The position numbers were made by a program, and so were the translations under genes. Positions 56,403 to 64,000 of a stretch of DNA of 64,000 bases are shown here, in pieces. Under the pieces are notes generated by a model. It saw nothing but the letters and a program-made list of their open reading frames with translations. It made no database searches and had not been told where the DNA came from. Location of the stretch: positions 81,656,001-81,720,000 of the forward strand of contig NC_087437.1 in assembly GCF_036321535.1 (NCBI RefSeq), in the 5' to 3' direction. This DNA comes from Camelus dromedarius. Its lineage: Eukaryota. How positions within the stretch are numbered: the first letter of the stretch is position 1; each line of letters begins with the position of its first letter.

Positions 56403-59400
56403 AAGAATGCAATCTGATTCAACTTGGCTTCAGAACTTGACCTTAATGTTCAGGATATTTTCCCAACAGTGTTACTTTCTTCATTGGCAAGAGTCACCTT
56501 TTAGATGCTTCTCCTTCAATCAAGGACTACAATGGTAGTATCCAAGGATTTAGCAACAAAAATAAAAGTGGAGGAACTAAGTTGGCATCTAACTGCGAGA
56601 TCTGGGGAGAGATTTAAGAAGTTTCACAGTGTTAATTCATGTCGGGAGTAATAGGTGGATTTTGGTGACTTCAAGACCTGTCAGTATGAGGGGCTTTCGA
56701 TCTGCATCTGCTCCCTGGGCTGAAGTACAGTCATGACTTCCAGACCCCGGGGTGGAGCATGGTGTGGTGTTAGAGTTAGGGTAAGGGTATGAATGTACAT
56801 ATGCGCACACACTGGTCGAAGACTAAAAGATCTAAAGCCAAAATACTAACAGCAGGGGCATTATGGGTGATGTTTACTGTCATCTGTATACCTTTCTGTA
56901 TTTATCAAATTTTATTTAATGATCAAGAATTTGTTTTTGTGTTGTATTATTTCAAAATGCTGAAGGAGAAGGAAGGAAAGAAAGAAGAATGATCAGGAGG
57001 TTTATATAAAGAAACAGTTATTTGTAAATTACCTTGTTTATGGTTTAAAAAAAAAGCTAGAATGATTTCAAAAGGGGATTGTGTTATTTCTCTTAGATGT
57101 GGAAGTTACTTGATTCTGGTCTGATTCACTGGTGGCAAAGTAACGGCTGAAATACTCATTAACGTTACAATGGTACTAAACATTCACAAAAGGAACCCTT
57201 AAAATGGAAGTGGGATGCAAATAAATTTTTTTTATAATTTACAGTTCTCTTTAATCAAAATGTTCTACTTTAAGTGTGGGATTGCTTTTTGACTATGATA
57301 TTTTATTTTTCAACCTCATGCTAATTCTACGAAGCTTGTCAGATACCCAATTGTGACTTTCTTTAGCGCTTTTTGTTGCCACTCATTATTCCTCTTAGCA
57401 TCCCCTCGGTAAACAGCACCAGGTTTAGAAAAGATTCGAAGGAAGGTTCCTAATCCAGCTTTGGACCAACCTAGCTGTGCAACACGGTCAGGTTACTGAA
57501 GTGTTCTGGGTTTCAGCTTTTCCTTTTGTAAAGCGAAGCACAGGTATTCTTACTATCTCTACCACCTCAGTTATTGTTAGGATAAAAACAAGGTAACGTA
57601 TTGACAAGACTTAACATTCTATAGGTGGGTTCTTTTGGAAACAGATGGTGCAATGAAGTCAGGAGTACAAAAGGTTTTCTGTGGGAGTGACACCGTAAAA
57701 TAAAAGAGGAGTAAGGAGGGTGGAGCAGGAGAGGGGTTAGACCACGCTGCTTTCTCTGCCAGCCCAACAGGCAGCACAGAGCTGCGATGGCCAGGTCAAG
57801 GAGTCCGTGTTGGATGGAATAGCCAGTTCCTTGTACCACTGCCTTGCTCAGCCATTGGTTGGGGGCCACCCGATGAAGAGTGTGACCTCAGCTGTGATAC
57901 AGAGCAGGTATTGAAGGAGATAACAGCTGGAGGCTGTCAGCTAATTTCAGTTCTAGAAGCTGAGTAGCAAGTCCTTTCTTGAAAAGGAGGACATGAGTGG
58001 TGTCTCTCCCGTCTGCCACACTGGCCCCTAATATGACTCTACTTGGGGCCACCACTTGAGACAGTTGTAAGTTATATGTGAAGATTATGAGTTCCCTTTC
58101 TCTGACCACAAACTTCTGTCCTTTGATACTGTCCACTCCCTCTCTGAGCCCTGAACATGCTCCTCCCACGCTCCGTGACCCCCATCCTTCTATCCCTATC
58201 TTGACAGTCCCCTCCTGATTTCCTGGCCTGTCTAGCAAGGTTCCCCAGCTTGGACTCAGGGTCTGGCATTTTAATGTTGCCTCCTCCTGCTCCTCTTGAT
58301 CCTTTGTTTCTCATGCTTGTCAGACTGATGTCTAGTTCTGAGTCACCCCACAGTCTTCTTTCCTCTGAAACTTGAGTGATGAATCTTACTGGAAAAATTC
58401 ATGTAAATCTACTGTCTAAATGACAGCCAGTTTCATCAGCACATTTACTGTAGCAACCCTTTTATCCAGTTCTTATTGTCTCCCTGTTCCACTTACATTG
58501 TGTCTAATTTATAAGAGATAATGGACATTTATCCAGTTCTGCCTTGTGTAGGAGGTATCCATGTGCTTGGATACTCACTTCCGTTCTTCTCCCTCCACCT
58601 TTTATATGGTAATTCTTGAGGGCAGGGCTGTAACTTGGACAACCCTGACTTGTTCAATAACCAGAACAGTGCCATAAACTTATTTGGCACTGAAAAAAAA
58701 TTGTTGAATGAATAAATAATTGAATGAAGAAGAACAACTAAATTTGTTTTGTTACCTGCCTGTTGCAGGCTAGGGACAATGTCAAGTATTTTGTATATGT
58801 CATCTCAGTCCTCAAAGGACTCCCATTTTGTAGGTTTTAATAGTCCTATTTATAGACTTATTTGTTACCTATCTCTTACCACTAAATGTAAGTTCCTTGA
58901 AGGCAAATATCATGTCTGATTCATTTCTGTAGCTTTGTAGCTACACTTCCCAGGCGATGCCTGACACACAGACGATGCTCAGTAAAAGTCAGGTGAGGGA
59001 TCATCAAGCGACAGAACCACAAATGAGGGGTCAGTGTTAAGACTCACACTCAAGCTGTTCAACACCAAAGCCTGTACACCTTGTGCCATGTCACGTGGCT
59101 CTGTCTGTAGTAAGTGTTGTCAGCTGCTCAAGGCCTCACAGCAATTTAATGACCAAATTTGAATTAAAGGAAAATGACCCTCTGTGCCATACTTCAATAA
59201 AAACAGTGACAGAAATTATAGCTGTCACTTGCTTTATTTACTTCTAAAGAAGGTACCTAACATCATGGGAAGGATAATTGGCCAGCTCATGAATTTTCTG
59301 TTTCCTCTTTGGACATCTGACTGTAACCGTTTCTTTACCTTGACCTGAGGTCATCCATGATTTGGTTGATGTTTGGGTATCATTTGGGAGCCATATGAAT

Positions 59401-61289
59401 TCAATAAGCCTTCTGTTTCTTACCATGAAAATAAGATTAGCCAATATTTGCATATGCCGACACTGGTGACGAAATTATAAAGAATGAGTTAAACAATGTC
59501 ACTTAGCAGAAAATTGTAATTAAGCTCTTAATTAATCTTTCTTTCTGCCATAGTTTGGCTTTTCATCAACTGATACCATTTGATAACAGTGTACATGGTG
59601 TGGCAAACACCCAGAAGAAGCTTCTAGACAGCTGGTGGATCCCAAAAGTATGTAAATCTTTAAACTGGATATTGAACAACAACAGAGATGAGAGTCTAGA
59701 ATTTCCATTCCCACCACTACTTATAATGGAACCAAACAACTGTGAATGCATCTTAGAGATTAATGAGGCCTTTATTCATAAAGCATTTTATAAACCTTTT
59801 AGTGTAAATGCCAACTATTTTTAAATCTTATGATTCCATGATGAAAATGTTTTCCTAAACAATCTGGACCTCTCCATAATAGTTCTAATGGTTTCCCTAG
59901 TTAAATACCTTTCAAAAATAGCCACAACATGTCTTTTTGAAATAGATGGGTATTAACCAGATGGAAGCGTGCATTGAAAGTTTCTCCTAAAGCAATGAAA
60001 CAAAAATAGTCTATAAAATGAGGGCCTTGAATTAAATGATCTCTAAGGTTGCTTTCAGTCATGAGGAAAAAAATCTATGGCTCTAACCCTGAAAAAGTTT
60101 AGTCAATCCTAAAGCCTAAATACAATTCACATGCCCTGTTATTCACGCCTTACATGATAAATTCTTGCCCATTAATTTAACTCAAATCTGAAGGGAAGTT
60201 AGCAACTCTATGTGAATTCATCCATTTGTTTTTATTAACTCATCATTCCATCTACATATGTAATAAAATGGTCATAATCTAGCAAGAGCTTCTAAAAGGA
60301 AGAGGCATGTTCAGAATTTTTTTTCCTTTTTTCTTTGCAAAGATGGTGACAGATTTTCAAAACCCAGCTTCATATTATAATTTTGTGTCATATTTATACA
60401 TAAAAAGCTGACCTCTGCCAATCATAATCCTACATTCATATCATGCTTGACATGATAGTTTAACAAATTATTTTTTCAGTTTTTAAATTTCATATCACAT
60501 TCACCTCAGTGGCTCCTCTAAACCTTCTCATCACTCCTTAAACATTTAGTCTCCTTGACTCCTCATTCTCCATCTTTGATCCCCTCAGTGGCCCTGAGGA
60601 GAGAGCATGGCAGATATTCTCAGTCAGAAATGAACAAACCAAAGCTTAGGGAAATGAAGAAGCTAGGTAGTGGGTGACGATGACTCAGACTACAATTTAT
60701 ATTGTGTCTGTAAAGTTAATTTGAATACAGTTTTGAACGAAAAGGAATCATGTGGGTAACTTAAAATGGCTGAAACCATTTTAGGAAAGTTCATCATTGA
60801 TAGATCCACTTCAAGACCATTTGCCCACCCACAAGGATCCACAATGACTTCTGAAAAGAATTTACTGTCTCCTGACTTGTACTCTTCTTGCTATAATGTA
60901 GACAGATCACTCAGATGGGTTTGAACTTAGACACTTCTGACTCCCTAACTGTGTGACATGTGGATAAATATACTGCCTGGCACATAGCTGAACACATATT
61001 TGTTGAATTAATAAATGGACTTTAAAATTTTAATAGACCCTCATTGTTTATAAGCTGTTTCTTTGACAACATCCTTTTGGAAAACAATAAGGCAACACAT
61101 AGCAAGAACCAGAGGAATGTCTGCGTGATGCTCTTTGATTCAGGAATTCCACTCCAAGGGATTTTTCATAAAGAAAAAATCCCATAGGAGCAACCCCCTT
61201 GAAGATATTCTCAAGGTGATCAATCACAAGCAAAATACTGACAAGTCTCAAAGCCCCGGATACAGTATGAAAGGTATGATTTCTTGCTG

Positions 61290-61762
61290 CCCAACGTGTT
61301 CCTTCCCTTTCACCTCCTTCATCCCTCTTGAACATAAGGATAGGCACATGACCCGAGGTGACCAGTCAGATTGTCCCGTCTCCACAGTACACTGTGACTG
61401 GTTTAGGGATGAACTGATTCAGGTTCTTTCCTAGGAATTTTCCTTTAGAATTAGTTAGGAAGACATCCTCTTGCTTTTACGGTCAAGGACTGGAAAAATA
61501 CAGCTCCATGTTGCCAGCCACATGCAGCCTGGCTGCAGCAAAACCGAGTAAGGCCAATACATGAGCAGACACAAGAGATGAAGAGAGGCAGAGACTTAGC
61601 TGGCACATTCCTGAAAACATAATTTGAGACCTGGGTCCAGTCACACCTAACATCGCTTCCACTCATGTCCTCTCCAGTTACACAAGCCGTTAAGTCTCTA
61701 TTTTTGTTAAGCTAGTCTAAGTGGCTTTCTGTCACTTACAGTTAAGAGCCCTGATTACTACA
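61290..61762 (+). mobile_element. Old MaLR LTR (MLT1J/K-like)
   Basis: GGCACATGACCC, CCATGTTGCC.GCCACATG, TTAAGCTAGT...TTTCTGTCACTT.CA end motif. Confidence 0.6.
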
Positions 61763-62852
61763 TCCACAGAAAGGAATGCTACGGAGCCTTTACAATGGCA
61801 GTTTTGCAGAAACATGGGAAAATGTTTACAACCAAATGTTAAGTGGTAGTAACACAAGAGAAAATAGTAGGTGTGTATGTATGAGTACACAAGAAACAAA
61901 GGTGGATGTGTGAACAGTGCTTACTCCTGAGTGGGAGTGAAAAGGAACAGAACTTTTGCTTTATATACTTCTGTTACTTGAAAATATTTCAAACAGCATG
62001 TATAATATTGCTATTGTTATTTTAAAAGAAAGAAAGTACACACTTTAGGATTACTGTGATGTAAATATACTTAATCATCTGGAAGATAATATGAAAATAG
62101 TTATTTTGCTAAAAAATGAGATTTTAGTTGTCTAAATTTTTTCAAAAAGATCTTGAGATGACCTTACTTATTTACTGGCTTTCCAGTAAGAAAAGAAACA
62201 TTCCAAAGAATAAAATGCATAAACTCTGTCATGTGATAACTTTAAAATTAAAACTAACAAAGGAGAAGAGTAGTCTCATCTATTGGGGGTTTGTTTATAA
62301 ATTATAATTCCATTTTCAAATTAACATTTTACTTTAACATTACAATGCTTAAGAGGACATTCAGTGTAAGATTGTTGGCTTTCCTGGCCATTTCTTTACT
62401 ACTCTCTCTCTCACTCCTTTGTGTGATTGTAAAATTTGTCTGAGTTAATTTATACCAAGACTAGTTGTGAAGGAAATCATCTTTTCTTTATATTTGTATT
62501 AGCCCTGGTAGATAATTCCACGTAAGTTATCTTAGTTCTCACTGTTTTCCTCACATGAAAAATGAGGGCTTTAGGTATACAATTTTGTATATATAAAAAT
62601 TTTTACCCAAAGATGTGATTGGTTATTTGGTTTGGTATTTTTGGTTTTATTTAGAATAAAAATTTCCTAGTGAATGATTTTAGATGGTCATCTCTTTCGG
62701 TAAAGTCAGAATAATAAACTTCTACATACTCTGTATTTACTTCTACTAAGAGACGTGAAATACACCTTTACTCCATTCTTTCTACCCCCATCTTGGGGTA
62801 TATGAGATGTTGGTATATAACTAGTAATGTATATTTCTAAAGTATTACTTCC

Positions 62853-62948
62853 GAGGGGAGGGTGTAGCTCAAGCAGTAGAGCGCCTGCTTAGCAAGCACG
62901 AGGTCCCAAGTTCAATCCCCAGTACCCTCTCTAAAATAAATAAATAAG
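62853..62948 (+). mobile_element. tRNA-derived SINE (Vic-1-like), short form
   Basis: tRNA-like head; 15-bp TSD TAAAG(T/C)ATTACTTCC at 62838 and 62949. Confidence 0.87.
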
Positions 62949-63299
62949 TAAAGCATTACTTCCTACAAAGAGGAAAAAGAACACAATTAAGACAAGGCAC
63001 AATATTTCTTCACCTTCAATACAATGAAAAAGCACTGCTTTAGCCCTGATCAATAATGTCAAAAGTAACTTAGGTACTTTGAAAAAGTCATTTATCTTCT
63101 CTTTACCTCATTTTTTTCAATTACAAAATAGAGATATAATAATAGCTTCCTCGACAACTTCCTAGGATTTGTGCATCTACTGAGATTAAAAACAAAATGT
63201 TAGAATATACTATAGAGAAAATCGTACATTTTGAAAGTGTACAGCTTGATACATTTTTACCGAGTATGCTCATGTAATAAACATGCAAGACATGAAGCA

Positions 63300-63815
63300 G
63301 AATGTCCCCATACCCTAGAAATATCACTCACATCCCTTCAAGTCACTACTCCCTGCCAAGAGCATTCACTATCCTGATTTCTAATGCTATAGACTTTTGC
63401 TTATGCTTGAACTTTATATAAAAGGACTCACATGGGATGTACTCTTTTATGCCCAAGTTGTTTCACTCAACATTATGTTTATGAGATTCATCCCTACTGT
63501 GTGCAGTTTATGGACCATTCCTTTTCCTTGCTGTATGGTATTCAGTTTTATGAAAGTACCATGATTTATTTATACATTTCTCTGTTGATGGGCATTAGGA
63601 TAGTGTTTGCTTCTGGCTTTATGAATGGGAGAACAGATATATTCATTTCTGCTGGGTATACACCTAGAATTGAGATTTCTTGGTCATAGCTTGTACGTAT
63701 GTTTGGCTTTAGCAAATACTGCCAAACAGTTGTTCAAAATAGTTGATCTGGTTGACAGTCCCACAAGTAATGGATGAGATATCTGGTTGCTGCACATCTC
63801 CAACACTTGGGATTT
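63300..63815 (-). mobile_element. L1M fragment
   Basis: CACTATCCTGATTTCTAA, TTTCACTCAACATTATGTTT.TGAGATTCATCC, GGGTATACACCTAGAATTG. Confidence 0.8.
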
Positions 63816-64000
63816 TCTCTGTTGAGATTTAATATACATAAAATAATTTCAAAAAACATAAATCTCCTTCAAATGCAAGATGCTTCATAATTTTATTTTA
63901 CTAGTTTGTCTTGTTCCAAAGTAATTTAAGGTGAGTCGAAGGTAATACTATGAATGCCACTTAACTGCTCACAGCTTCTCTTCAAACTGCTAGTACCCTC

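Noticed and set aside
46300..64000. Exons of an upstream neighbour (TMEM30C/CDC50C expected from recalled human synteny)
   Set aside because: No CDC50-like peptide recognised in the ORF track or by reading; it probably lies outside the window

Overview
Mammalian genomic DNA, most likely camelid (four tRNA-derived SINEs resemble the camelid Vic-1 family; no Alu, Bov-A or PRE-1 seen). The left ~46 kb holds the 5' part of TBC1D23 on the minus strand. I resolved 16 coding exons by hand (ATG at 45760; all introns GT-AG; 1690 coding nt in one continuous frame). They encode the degenerate TBC domain, the rhodanese-like domain, a 45-nt cassette exon and the start of the C-terminal region. The remaining exons lie beyond position 1. 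A CpG-island promoter (~45250-46280) carries ZNF143/THAP11-type, GC-box and bZIP/UPRE-like motifs. The right ~18 kb is intergenic, repeat-rich and holds a strong CTCF motif. I found no novel multi-gene system. The best leads are splicing-regulatory (a cassette exon with UGC motifs and a tandem-duplicated YCAY cluster, two candidate poison exons, weak donors), secretory-stress promoter elements, and young retro-insertions with target-site duplications (TSDs). Repeat family names and human protein comparisons come from recall, not from a database search, and most repeat boundaries are approximate.
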